Source: Callorhinchus milii (Eukaryota). Taken from it: a stretch of DNA of 64,000 bases. The notes under the pieces are model-generated. The model saw nothing but the letters and a program-made list of their open reading frames with translations, did not search any database and had not been told where the DNA came from. The stretch spans positions 59,150,001 through 59,214,000 of the forward strand of contig NW_024704743.1 of assembly GCF_018977255.1 (NCBI RefSeq), read 5' to 3'. The stretch's first letter is position 1, and each line of letters starts with the position of its first letter. Positions 38,989 to 51,659 of this stretch are shown piece after piece. Both the position numbers and the translations under genes were made by a program.

Positions 38989-39249
38989 CTTTTCCCAAAG
39001 CAGCTCCCTTGTTGAGAATTTCAATAGCTCTTCGGATATCAAGGTTAAAAAGGGCAACAGCAGCAGCTCGTTCCCATTCTTCTCCTTGTTCTAATGAGCT
39101 GAGAAAGGGGGCTACATCGATCTCCGGACCTTTTTTTATCCAGCCACAAAGCTGCAGAGCGAGACATCTCTCCTCACTCTGATATCTGATAACATCCGTT
39201 TGCCGATCAGACCCAGTCCAACTGTGTTTGTAACCCTCAGTTTTTCTCT
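38989..39249 (-). CDS. MIOS: MIOS coding exon 3
   Basis: (E)[10 protein letters not shown]...[15 protein letters not shown]...[32 protein letters not shown] acceptor, GTATGT donor. Confidence 0.9.
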
Positions 39250-40645
39250 CTGTTGATGAAATGATCAAAAAAAAGTTGCAGTTTCACACAATTTTAACCT
39301 TTTCCACATGCATTGAGATGATATTCTGTACCAATGGGTCTTAAATGACTGACCTTTGGAGGCAGTGTTAAGCAAATCAAAGGTAAAGTTATTCCCATTG
39401 CCAAAATGGAAATAAGGCAGGAAATTTTTTTTGAAACATAAATTAAGAAAATAGATCCAGAGAAGCTATTAAAGTTAAATAAAAATAAGTAATGAGGAGA
39501 AGGCCAAGGAAAAGCAAGAGGCATCTGCTCTGAAAAAATGGAACTTCCCAGGATCGAAGGACACCACCATATTTCTGCTGTACATGATGGTCATAATTAA
39601 AAATTCTCATGACAACAATGTGGAAGATATGAATAATATCACACAGCAACATCTATCACCCATGATCTATGCTTAATAGATTCCAAATACCTGCACTGTT
39701 CAATTTCCTATTATAACTCAGCTGAATATTCTGTTACTTCACTAACCAAATTATATGAAGGCCCTACATGCCAAGAAAAGACAACAATTTTCTAGTACAA
39801 TGTAACCCAGTATTTTTTCAGGCACTGGAGTTTTAATAATAGTCAAGCTTCATTTTGGGGGGGTCAAACAGACAGGTGATGTTACTCTCATGCTTAAGGC
39901 ACAGTATCCGCTTTGATTGGTATGCAGAGTGTTAAGCAGCTGCTGCTGAAGCTCTGCACTTCCAAACAGTGGACCCATCACTCAATGGGTAGGAATGTGT
40001 GTCTTGACCTTCCAGCAAGAGGATGGAGGCATCTTACATCAAATTGGAGCTCTATTATACCTGACAACCGTGTTCTACTTGCAGATTATAATAAATGAAA
40101 CGTCACAAGCTCGTCACACTATTTAGGATTTACAGGTATGACAAATATTGCAGAAAAAGATTACGTCTTTCATCAAATAATTTAGTGTTGATTCAGGTAA
40201 TTGTTCAAGTGAAATAGAAACAGAATTATGAAAACTGAGTCAGATAATAGTACCAATTGAGAAACATTTTATACTTTTTTTGTATTTAATTATATCAGAA
40301 ACAATTTTATTTCCTTAAAAGGGATTACAGGTCATCAAAAGAAAGTGATTAAAACAATTGTTATTTCTGACCTGTTACACGGGTATCTTTCTTTTATATA
40401 TCACTGAACCATACAGTTACGTTTCCAGACACACTAGTAACTACCAGTAATTTATTTACTTTCTTCATAAAATCTAGGTTTTGCCCTTAAAGAACAAACA
40501 ATTGAGTTAACTGAATCCAAATTGATTTTCAGACAATCTGAAACTGAACTCTGGGGTCAAAGTTGAGGCTGAGAATCCACACTATGTGCATCCATACTAA
40601 AGGAAAAATACAAATGTTTGGAAACACTAAGTAATTTGTACTTAC

Positions 40646-40744
40646 CTGCACTTGATTTCACTATTGTTTTAATGCCAGAATATACCAGAGGTACTTTGTT
40701 TACAGATGGTTTCTGATCTGCATCTTCAGCATACTGTTTCATAA
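40646..40744 (-). CDS. MIOS: MIOS coding exon 2
   Basis: AC acceptor then (F)[38 protein letters not shown] donor; phase 1/1. Confidence 0.9.
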
Positions 40745-41084
40745 GTGATTGTAAATATAGGAAAGTAACACAAGAGAGACATTAAAAAGAGATTTAGCCT
40801 GTGCAGTTTATTTTCCCTGGTTTGATGGGAAATTGGCAGAATGAAAATTTATATACGATCTAACCACTGCTATCGAAATATTCAGTAATGTAGCCTTGAA
40901 CTTTCTACGTACTTGCATCCAAATGTTCACTACACTAAACTGATAATCCTATACTTCAACATAAAACAAAACCACGGTCATCATTTCTCACCATAGCAGT
41001 GGAATACATCAGCCCCAAACCAGCTTAAGGTTACCAAATAGCTGGATCTGTTTATACTCACTCACGTGAATGCTGAAAAAGCAA

Positions 41085-41407
41085 AATAATAATAATAATA
41101 ATAATCCTTGCATTTGATATAGCGCTTTTCACGTCGGGAGGACGTCCCAAAACGCTTCACAGAATATACTGTAAAGTGAATTGACTGTATATTTGTGGGC
41201 GAACGTGGCAGCCAATTGCGCACAGCAATGTCCCACAAACAGTCGTAGATTGAAAATGACCAATTTATTACTGTTTTGGGTTTTGGAGGGATTATTATTA
41301 GGCGTATGGAGTGACGAAACTTGCCCAAGGTTTCGCCCTGCCTGGAATTGAACTCAGATCTCTCGCTTGCAAAGCGAGTGCCCTAAACCACTGAGCTACA
41401 GGACTCC
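41085..41407 (-). mobile_element. Full-length young SINE inside the AT-AC intron
   Basis: Head, core and (TTA)n tail on minus strand. Confidence 0.92.
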
Positions 41408-43151
41408 GTCCTGAAAACACAAAATCCTAGTAATCCACAACAGATTAACAATGTCAATGAAGGTCACACACAATTAATCTCTTTCAATGCTGATCAAATT
41501 ACTATGCATTTTTGCTTTGTATTTCAACTCAACTAGTTACACCGTCCTAATACATTCCTGGACAACTGCTGTATTGAAATATGTACAGTTTTGCAGGAAA
41601 AAGAGCATTCAGGGATATTTCTGTAATTTTTAAAAATTAAAAAAAATGAAAACACAATTCTCTCTACTTTGTGGCCCTGAACATTGATTAATGGAAATGG
41701 ATAAATACTGATGGTTAATCTCACATTCTGAGTTATACTCTATGGACAGCTGACTGAGGAAAACATTAATCAGCCCAGCATTGCTGAATGCTAGTCAGAG
41801 GATGAAAAGCATGAACATGAAAAAATTGAGACTGGTATTTCAAACCAGAACTCCCACCTGAACAGTTTTAAACACTTTGCATATCACGTCTTTTGTACTT
41901 CCAACATTTAATTTTCTAGCAATTGGTTGAAGTTTGTAGAGTGATAAAGAGTGATACAAACGTTTCCAGAGAAGTTTCACAACAGATTTCAGTAGATTGA
42001 CTTGTCTGCCAAGAAACATTTCCTGAAACAAACCTCTGAGAATAATTAGTTACTTCCCTACTTTCAGTAAAAAGAAATGGGAGAACCCACATGTGCAGAA
42101 CGCATACTGTAAATGTTTTTCTGCAAAATTTAAATCCACTATATTTACAACCCCAAATATGCTCCAATTCAAATAAGAAACAGATCAATCTCTATAAATT
42201 ACCTTCCAAATTATTCAATGAAAATATTTTTGCAATATCATGTCTAAATATTCAATACTATATAACGTTTTAGATCAGAGGAAAACAGTAAAACCTGAGG
42301 GATATCTATGTACTTTTCATTTCCCATACACATTGAATTGGAACATTATTCAGAATCAAAAAACAATGTCAGAAATTTTGCAAAAATTCTAAACCTGCTT
42401 AAAAAACCTGCTCCTTGTTCAACATCCTGGTTGTAAAAAAAACCTGCTCAGGTAAACCACTGTTCCTCATTGAACCACAAATATTTACAGCGCAGAAGGA
42501 GGCAGTTAGCCCATCACGTCCATTCTGGCTCTTTGAAACTACAATCCAATCAGTTCCATTCACTTGCCTTTCCCCTGTACCCCTGCAAATTATGCCACAT
42601 AGTGAGGCTCACCAGCCTTCCGAATCTTAGATCCCACTCCGATCCAATTAGAAAATCTAGTATTAGGCAGCAGTACCAAAATAAATCTTTTATATCTTCA
42701 AGTGACATTTTTTTTAAGTAGCTTAAATAAGACAAGTCTTCAGCCAGCTGAGAGGCGCTCTGAGACACTACTCATGTGAAGGGCACGATATAAACGCAAG
42801 CTGTTGTTATAGTTGTTTGCTCACTACAAAATTAGGAATTCATCTTCTCTTGTTTGGATTCTAAATATATTTTATGAGAGAAAATATTTTTCGAACTGAA
42901 AGTATAGCCCCTAAATTATAGTTTTATTTTAATACTAGGAATAATTTCAAACAATGTCTGCTGCGTCAATAACACAAAAGAATAACTTCTATCATTTGTG
43001 ATACTGATTATATCAACAAATAGAATTTGGTTCAATAACGGATCAACTATTTAAACTTCTTAACCGGTAAGTTAGAATATGTGTAATCAGAACATTTAAT
43101 GGTAATGCACTCTCCCTGCTCAGTGGGTTACTTAATAATTTAACACTGATA

Positions 43152-43560
43152 ATGCTTGCATTTCATATAACAACTTATCCCATTGTTGAGACATCTCGAA
43201 ATGCTTCACACAATAAGACTGTAAAGTGGTGTCATGTGCGTATTTTGTGGGTGAATGCAGCAGCCAATTTACACATAGCTATGTCTCACAGCCATGAATT
43301 GACCAATTTTATTTGGGGATTGTTGGCCATAACACCAGGGAAAATTCGTTTCTCTTTTCAAAGTGCCTCAGAATCTTTCACAGGGAGATGTGACCTCTGT
43401 TTAACGTCTCATCCGAAGGACGACAACTCCAACAATTTAGCACACCCCCAGCACAGTATTGGAGTGTCAGCACAGACTGTATATGGGTTGCAAATCCCGA
43501 TATGGGGCTTGAATCGACAACCTTCTGGTCAGAGTGCTACCAACTGAGCTAGGCTGACAC
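43152..43560 (-). mobile_element. Old full Deu-domain SINE (SacSINE1/AmnSINE1-like)
   Basis: tRNA-like head GTCAGCCTAGCTCAGTTGGTAGCACTC, CCTTCGGATGAGACGTTAAAC Deu-domain block, shared core and tail. Confidence 0.7.
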
Positions 43561-43955
43561 ACAATCACCTGAATTTCCTGAAGTGACACATTTGATAGTC
43601 ACCCGAGCACATCTGCCATTGTGATATATAATGCCTTGGAAATTGGCAGAGTCTGCACGAGCACTACTGATGCAATCACAATGGGCTGCCATTTTTTTTT
43701 AAAAAGACGTTAACAGGACTTTAAATTGATTTGCACATTACATATTTGGAATTCTGTTGTTATTTATGATAATTACAGCTCACAATCCCTCTAAAGCTAG
43801 AAAGGGAAAGCTTATTATTGTTACCATTAAAAAATGCCCAATAACTATGGTAAAACAAACTACATAACAAACCACAAAATATAATTTATATTGATATATA
43901 AACAATGTGTTGATACATTATTCTGCTGCTCAGAGGATTTTAACCAAAAGGATAT

Positions 43956-45252
43956 AATGCAGAGTGTACCACAGTGATTTTAGCTGTGGATCATCACCAC
44001 CAGCTAAAACATGGTTTCTCCACACCTGCTCTGTGTCAAGTCCATATCTCGATAGTGCCCGCTGTCTCATTTTGGTGGCAATATCCTTCTCTCCATAATT
44101 AGCTTCTCCCTCTTCACTGCAATGATACAAATGCCTCCCACATGCCCACATCAGAGATGTAGTAGGACTCCAAGCCAATGAAATTCGTTCAAAGACAGTA
44201 AAGTCTGACATTGTTCGATTAGATGTTACCACAACCATGCGGTTCTGATTAGTTGGATGCCAGGCAAATGAGGCAATGTAGTTATCACATGGCTGCACAC
44301 TCCTTTCAATTATGGTGGGCTCGGTTTCATCCCCAATGGGTGTAGGGGTATGCTGCATATCATACAGGCGAATGATATTACTATCTCTAGTCAATGTAGC
44401 CAGTAAACCAGTTCTAGTTGGACACCAAGCTACTTTTGTAAGAGGCTTTGGTTGCTCAGTCAGGGTCAGCACTGGCTTTTCAAACTTTCGCAGGTCCCAG
44501 ATCGCCACTTGACCTTCAAAGAAAGATGCCACACGATCATGAAAATGAGGGTCAACTGTTACTCCCTGGACAGCCTTTGTGTTCACAAACATCTTCTGGC
44601 TAGTATTTCTCAAGTCAAAAATTGCAAGATTGCGGTGCATGCCTGCCAACAGTAGCTTCTGGTCCCTTGGGAGCCAACAAAGGGAGAGGCATGCATCATT
44701 CTGTCCTAATTCATACAATGGCTTTGTTACAACAAGGCCAGCATCGGTGTCACCAGCAGAAAGACGCACTTTCTCTGCTGGCATAGCTATCTCTGGGGTA
44801 TATTTGCTGCTAATATCCCAAATGAGTACTGAGAAATCTGCCCTGTGTTTGTCCAGACCAGCAGCAAGCCAGTTACTGTCAACAGGATTCCAAGCCAATG
44901 TGTTACACTGTCGAGCATGCTTCGGTACAAATTCCTTTCCAATTAAGTCTCTACATTTAGAATTCCGATCTTGACCAAGACTAGTGAGGACAACTCGTCC
45001 GTTGGCTTGACCAACAGCAAGCAAGCATTCTGGATCATACTTTGGATACCAAGCAACGCATTTCATATAGGGGGTATCTGAATTGATTGCCAGCAACGTG
45101 GCTGTGGTATCTTCTGAAAGCCGCAAGGAGCCTGCTTTAGCTTCTGAACTGCCTACTGATTCAGTACGATAAAGGCACAGCTCAGAGTCACACACAACAA
45201 ATCTGTCTACATGGTGTGGTGCCCACAATATATCGGGCTTTGAGCCACTCAT
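43956..45252 (-). CDS. MIOS: GATOR2 complex protein MIOS, first coding exon (WD40 region)
   Basis: [25 protein letters not shown]...[10 protein letters not shown] matches MIOS; acceptor TTACAG places exon start at 45334; ends at ATATCCTT donor (phase 1). Confidence 0.97.
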
Positions 45253-45674
45253 AGTTGACACCAAAGTGCACCAAACTTCATTCCAAACGAGCTGCTTGAT
45301 CGAAGGGTGAAAGACACATCTCACTTTCAAGCGTCTGTAAAACAGAAAATTGTTTTTGTTTATAGAATGATAGTACAGTGTTCACAACACAGAAAAGCGA
45401 TTTGTCAATATTGTGGTTAGGCTGGCTCCCTGAAAATGCTACGATTTTTTAAGTTGTATTTTCCTGTAGACCTTAATACTTCTCTTTTTCAAAGTACTTA
45501 ATGCCAGTTATGCAACAATCAAATGTTTACCATTACAATATGCAGAACACTGAACGACTGAATCTAAATTACACCAGAAATAACATATACAGAACCTAAT
45601 AACACACTGAATTTAGACCACTCAAATAACTGAATTGCAAAACATTTGTTCCTTCTTCCACTTTAAATTCTTTA

Positions 45675-45852
45675 AATTGGTCATTTTCAATCTACGACTG
45701 TTTGTGGGACATTGCTGTGCGCAATTGGCTGCCGCGTTCGCCCACAAATATACAGTCAATTCACTTTACAGTCTATTCTGTGAAGCGCTTTGGGACGTCC
45801 TCCTGACGTGAAAAGCGCTATATCAAATGCAAGGATTATTATTATTATTATT
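45675..45852 (+). mobile_element. Young SINE 3' half
   Basis: Core and tail nearly identical to the other young copies. Confidence 0.9.
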
Positions 45853-46849
45853 ACCTGGGAACAGAGTACTTTGTCAAGTTCTAATCAGAAGCTTGAACTT
45901 TGTTACTACGTTAATCAGCATGTTACCACACAAATTTGCTTTTTATTAAATGATGAATTGTTACACAACTGCCACTTCAAGTTTCCTACATATAGACAAG
46001 TAATTCTCATTGAAAAATGTTTTTTTCCCAATTTTGTTCCTTTGGTCACTGAAGTTAATATTGTAAATGTCTAGCCTGTATACGCATAATACTGACCTCT
46101 GCTCTTTCACCCTGCAAATCAAAGCCAGGACCAGGCATCACTTTATAACTGCAGACTTCCAAATTATTAACCACTGCAACTTTATGTTGATAAGCTTCAT
46201 TTAATAAGTACTACCACTAAATGTTTGTACTGCAGCATCACAGTTTAAGATCAAACTTAGACATATTCCAGAGAAGCATATTTCACAAAAAGCATCCTAA
46301 ATGTACCAGCTACCCATCAGTATCCAAATGACCAATTTCATATGTGAGTCTAGACTTAGCATTAACAGTTTATTTTGATCACAAGTTGTAGGGTTACAGG
46401 GAGAATTAGTTGCCAAGCCAATCTTCTGGTCATATATACACTTTCCAGCAGCATTCTCTGGACAATGATCAAATAGTGAGAATGCGAGGTTTATCCCCCA
46501 AGACCCACAAACAGTTGCTACGCTACAGACTATTTCATCAATCACTGGTTTGGTGGAATTACTAAACCCGCATATCTTGAATGATCACTACCAGTGGTGA
46601 ACCCAGAGTGTGAGGCCATTTCAATACAGTAGTACAGTACATACTTTGTTGATTCAGTTTCTCGTGACAATATCAGGACTCAACATACTGGCAATTTTGA
46701 ATGCTGACCATTTTAGTCTTTAGAACGAAGGCGCACAAATGTGCCCAAAATGGACAAAAGCACTTAACAGGATTCACTGCAAATTGTAGTGACTGTATTT
46801 ACAGTAAGATTCTATGATTTAAAATAATCAAAATTATAGATCACATGGA

Positions 46850-48249
46850 TGTGTGTGTGCATGCATGTGTGGGTGCGGGTGCATGCATGGGCGCATGCGG
46901 GGTTTTGGGGACGGGCGGGTGCATCGGCGGGTGAGTACTGTTGGTGTCGGTGTGTGTGTTAACACCTGGGTTCAATTCCCGGCAGGGTGAAACCTTGGGC
47001 AAGTTTCCTTACTCCACACCCCTAATAATGGTGTGTGTGTTGGTTTTGGTGTTGGGGTGTGCGTGGGAGGGGTGGATGTGGGAGGAGGGTGTACGGTGGG
47101 GGTTGGTGTATGTGTGGGGGGGTGGTGTGTGTGGGGGGGGTGTATGTGGGGGGGTGTATATGGGGGGGGTTGGTGTGTATGTGTGGGGGGGGGTGTGTGC
47201 GGGGGGGGACTGGTGTGTGTGTGTGGGGGGGTTGGTGTGTGTGTATTTGTTTAGTGGGGGATGGGGTTGGTGTGTGTGTGTATTTGGTGGGGGGGTTGGT
47301 GTGTGTGTGTATGTATGTGGGGGGGTTGGTGTGTGTGTAGGGGGGTTGGTGTGTGTGTAGGGGGGTTGGTGTGTGTGTGGGGGGGTGTGGTGTGGGGGGC
47401 TGGTGGGGGGGGGGGCTGGTGTGGGGGGGTGGGCTGGTGATGTGGTGGGGGGCTGGTGGTGTGGGGGGGGGCTGGTGGTGTGGGGGGCTGGTGGTGTGTG
47501 GGGGGCTGTTGGGTGGTGGGGGGGGTGGTGTGTGGGGGGCTGGTGGTGTGTGGGGGGGGCTGGTGGTGTGTGGGGGGGGGGTGAGGCTGGTGGTGTGTGG
47601 GGGGGGGGACTGGTGTGTTGGGGGGGCTGGGTGTGGGGGGGGTTGGTGTGTGTGTGTGGGGGGGGCTGGTGGTGTGGGGGGGGGGGTTGGTGTGGGGGGG
47701 GGGCTGGTGTGGTGTGGGGGGGGGGTTGGTGTGTGTGGGGGGGGGCTGGTGTGTGTGGGGGGGGGCTGGTGTGGTGTGGGGGTTGGTGTGGGGGGGGTTG
47801 GTGTGGGGGGGGCTGGTGGTGTGTGGGGGGGGGGCTGGGTGGTGTGGGGGGGGGGGTTGGTGTGTGGGGGGGGGCTGGTGTGGTGTGGGGGTGGGGCTGG
47901 TGTGTGTGGGGGGGGCTGGTGTGTGTGGGGGGGGGCTGGTGTGTGTGGGGGGGTGGTGTGGTGGGGGGGGGTTGGTGTGGGGGGGGCTGGTGGGGTGGGG
48001 GGGGGGGTTGTGTGTGGGTGGGGGGGGTGGGGGGGGGGCTGGTGGTGTGGGGGGGGGGGGGCTGGGGTGGTGTGGGGGGGGGGGTTGGGTGTGGTGGGGG
48101 GGGGGGGTGGTGTGTGGGGTGAGGCTGGTGTGGTGTGGGGGGGAGGCTGGTGTGTGTGGGGGTGAGGCTGGTGTGTGTGGGGTGAGGCCGCACGGTGTGT
48201 GTGGGGTGAGGCCGCACGGTGTGTGTGGGGGGGTTGGTGTGGGGTGGGG
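46850..48249. repeat. G/GT-rich low-complexity repeat (contains a SINE head at ~46965-47030)
   Basis: Reiterated (G)6-10CTGGTGTGT units. Confidence 0.95.
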
Positions 48250-48274
48250 NNNNNNNNNNNNNNNNNNNNNNNNN
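48250..48274. other. Assembly gap
   Basis: 25 N characters. Confidence 1.
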
Positions 48275-48830
48275 CAGAGCAGTTTCCATGCTGTGGGCAG
48301 CACGGAAACCCGATTGGATGGGTTCATGGAGGGAGTGGGAGGAGAGGAAAGAGTGAAGCTGGGAGGCAATGGCTCTCTCAAGGGCCTTGGATAGGAAAGG
48401 GAGATTTGAGATGGGCCGGTAGCTGGATAGCTGTGATGGGTCGAGGGAAGATTTTCTCAAGGTGGGGGTGATAGTGGCTGTTTTGAGGAGGGTAGGAACA
48501 GTGCCAGATGACATGGAGAGGTTAATGATGTCCACGAGTAGTGGGGCAAGGAGGTGGAGCTGGGATTTAAGGAGAGGGGTGGGGATGGGTTCGAGGGAGC
48601 ATGGAGGTTACCGTGTTGAAGACAGAGGAGGGGGTGACAGGTTCAAAGGTGTGGAAGGAGGGATGGGTAATTGTCGGACGGGTAATTATGTAAGGTGGGG
48701 GTAGGGAGGGGTTGGAAGTTGGGATGGCAGTGGCAGTTGAGCGGAATCCCTCAATTTTGGACTCATTTTGTCCAGCATTTTGCAGAGAGAGGTAGTAGGA
48801 GGTGAGTAGGGGGTGCAGTTTTTGCAATGT
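48275..48830 (-). mobile_element. L2 RT fragment ending at assembly gap
   Basis: IINLSMSSGTVP, YRPISNLPFLSKALER, QSGFRAAHSMETAL. Confidence 0.85.
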
Positions 48831-48859
48831 GTGCAGGACTCTTTTCTGTTCCAGTTTGT

Positions 48860-50845
48860 AGAAACTCTAACAAGAGGAGAAGTGCTGCTTGTCCTAGTTA
48901 TAGGCAATGAGCAGGTCAAGGTTTAAATGTGGGGGAGCACCTCGGGAGTTAGTGACCATAATATAATAAAGTTCAAAATGATTATAGAAAAGGAGATAGA
49001 CAAGGCAAGGACCAAGATCCTTGATTGATAAAAATTAATTATAATGGTACAAGGAATGAACTGGCCAAGGAAGACTGAAGGGAAAAATTAACAAATAAAG
49101 ATATTGAGCAGCAATGGAAGATTTTTAAGCATGAGTCAAAGAAGTGCAGGAGAAATATATTTCTTTACGAAATCAGGGAAAATTAATGAATAATGGGCCA
49201 TGGATGAATAAGGAAGTGAAAACAAAACTGCAGCTAAGGAAAAAAACATTTGCAAAGTATATAATAGATATGGAGAGGAGAATAGGAGTGAATACAGTGA
49301 ATTTAGGAAAGAAGTTAGAAAAAGACAATTAGGAAGGCAAAAGAGGAGAACATAGCAAAAAAATATAAAAAGAAACAGCAAAGTGTTCTACAGTATGTTA
49401 GCAATAAAAGGATGGTTAAAATAGACATATGACCACTAAATGGGGAATCTCACAACAGATAAGAAAAAATAGCGGAAATACTAAATAAATGCTTTGCCTC
49501 AGTTTTTACAAAGGAATTCAAAAGAAAATGTAGTAAGGACAGAAGGGGAAGGGTGTAAAGTTACAATAGTTGAGTTAGAGAGAAGGAAGGTATTAAATTA
49601 TACAAGTTTAAAGAGGACAGGGCACCTGGCCCAGATGGGCTGGACCCAAGAATCTGTAGGAAAACTAGGAAGGAGATAGCTGAGGCTCTAGTATATATAT
49701 ATATATATATATATACATATTTAAGAACTCTGTAGACAAAGGAATTGTACCAGAAGACTGGAAAATGGCCAATGGCCTATTTTTAAAAAGGATGATAGAG
49801 CTAATCCAGGAAACCACAGGCCAGTCAATCAATTTTCAAATGATTTTTTCCTTACCTACAGTTTTGTCTTTGCCTCCTTATTCATCTATGGCCTATTATC
49901 TGTTAATTTTCCCTTATTTTTTATTAATATTGGTTCTGTGCAAGATATTATAATCTGTCATAACATATGAAGTAACTAGTTATCTGGAGAAGGAAAATAT
50001 AATTAAGAGCAGCCAGCATGGAAGGTCAAGCCTGACCAACTTTATTGAATTTGTTGAAGATGTAGCCAATAATATAGACAAGGGAAATGCAGTGGATGTA
50101 GTGTACCTGGATTTCCAGAACATCTTTGATAAGAAGCTCATAAGTCATAACTAAAATAGGGTCATGTGGAATCGTGAGAGAAGTAACAGATTGGATGAAA
50201 GAAAGGTTCGGAAACTGAAAGGAAATAGTAGGAGTTAAGGGTATCTTCTCAGCCTGGCAGGGGGTTGGAAGTGGTGCTCCACAGGAATCCATGTTAGGAC
50301 TTCTACTAATCACCATATACATAAATTATTCGGATTCAGGTATAGGAGGTGTGGTGTCAAAATTTTCGCATGAAACCAAACTGGGCTGGCGTGGTACACA
50401 GTGAAGGGGATTGCAGAAGAATGCAGGAAGATATAAACCGGCAAGCAGAATGGGCAGAAAGATGCAGCAAATTAAGTTTATATAGGAAAATGCAAAATGA
50501 TTCACTTCGGCAGGAAACAATAAAAAAGCTGTCTAGAAAACAGGAACCTAAGAGGAATAGCGGAGCAAAGAGATCTGGGGATTCAGATCCTTAAGTCTCT
50601 AAAAGTAGCTACATAGGTAAATAAGGCTATAAAAAGTCCAATGTGGCGATTGAGCTTAATATCCAGAAGGATAGAATATAAAGGTTAGGAGGTGATGCAG
50701 ACTTTAGACAAAACCCTGGCTAGATCACACTTGGAGTATTATGTCCAATTCTGGTCTCCACGATATAGGAAGTATGCAGCAGCGATGGAAAGAGTACAGC
50801 ATAGGTTTACGAGGATGATATCAGGGCTGGCAGGTTCCTGCTATC
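48860..50845 (+). mobile_element. Degenerate CR1 LINE ORF2 fragment
   Basis: SDHN, GPWMN, VYLDFQ and LEYYVQFWSP...ERVQHRFTRMI motifs with many stops. Confidence 0.8.
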
Positions 50846-50989
50846 AGGAGACATTAACAGGTAATCACACCTAGACAGATATTCCGGCTCGCTGGACCAG
50901 ATCTCCACACCCCAATTAGTTTGGCTAGCCAGGACTTTAGTGTATTTGGAGGGTGCAACTAATGGTTTAACAACACAATGTTGATTATT

Positions 50990-51430
50990 TGTGAATTTGT
51001 TAATCAACATCTGTAAACCTGAGCTTAGTGGGTCAGATTGTATAGATTGTATAAATCTGTATCATGTATCACGTGTGATAGATTTTACTATTGAGAAATG
51101 GCCTCGGGTATTGCTGGGATGCTTACTGACTCTTGCCTATAGCTAAACAGCTGCAACTCTGTTACTTGCGCAGGCCCATCCAAAACGATTGGAATAGTTA
51201 CAATATTTGCTGATTTTTTGACTTTGTTAGCACTAATGTGGGGGTTCTGAGTGGTGCAACACTAATACTGTGTCATGAAGTGCAAGCATGCTGGTCAATG
51301 CTCCTCTCCCAATTTTAGCTGTGCCGAGAGCGCGGGGTGCAAAAGCAGAAGCAACACCTCCCAACTGGGAAGCCTTTGACAATTGGCTAAAAGGATCTTT
51401 GGCAGGGGTGTGGGAGTAGGCTAGCCTTTC
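50990..51430 (+). mobile_element. Probable endogenous retrovirus env TM remnant
   Basis: With one frameshift: QNRLE*LQYLL..LC...GGSEWC then WEAFDNWLKGSLAGVW, resembling the LQNRxxLDxLL/CX6CC region and a Trp-rich membrane-proximal segment. Confidence 0.4.
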
Positions 51431-51659
51431 AGCAGTAATAATAGTAATCCTTGCATTTGATATAGTGCCTTATCACATCTTCGAGACGCCTCAAAACGCT
51501 TTACAGAATATACCGTAAAGCGAATTGGCTGTATATGTTGTGAGCGAAAATCCACAGGAGTTCAGAGACTTAAAAATATATAAATATTTTGGTCAGCCTG
51601 ACTCATGTGGAAATCCATCACCAAGCTTAAGAATATCCTAAACAGACTGAGAGTTCCAT

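Larger units (their letters stand above)
40745..43955 (-). other. MIOS: U12-type (minor spliceosome) AT-AC intron of MIOS
   Basis: 5' end ATATCCTTTT (43955-43946), 3' end ...AATCAC (40745), branch-like TTTCCTATAT at 40764-40755; splicing restores ...TLHF-MKQY... Confidence 0.9.

Noticed and set aside
43930..43955. C-terminal YILLVKIL* of the ORF-track MIOS protein
   Set aside because: Read-through into the U12 intron.
45253..45330. N-terminal extension of the 466-aa MIOS ORF (MKVRC...)
   Set aside because: Begins at a non-ATG codon in the 5' UTR; the conserved start is MSGSKP at 45252.
46297..46545. 82-aa Cys-containing minus-strand ORF upstream of MIOS
   Set aside because: No recognisable homology or convincing splice context.
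46941..48535. Long Gly/Val/Trp/Cys- or Pro/His/Thr-rich ORFs
   Set aside because: Low-complexity repeat spanning an N gap; the N-terminal part of the 508-aa ORF is L2 RT.
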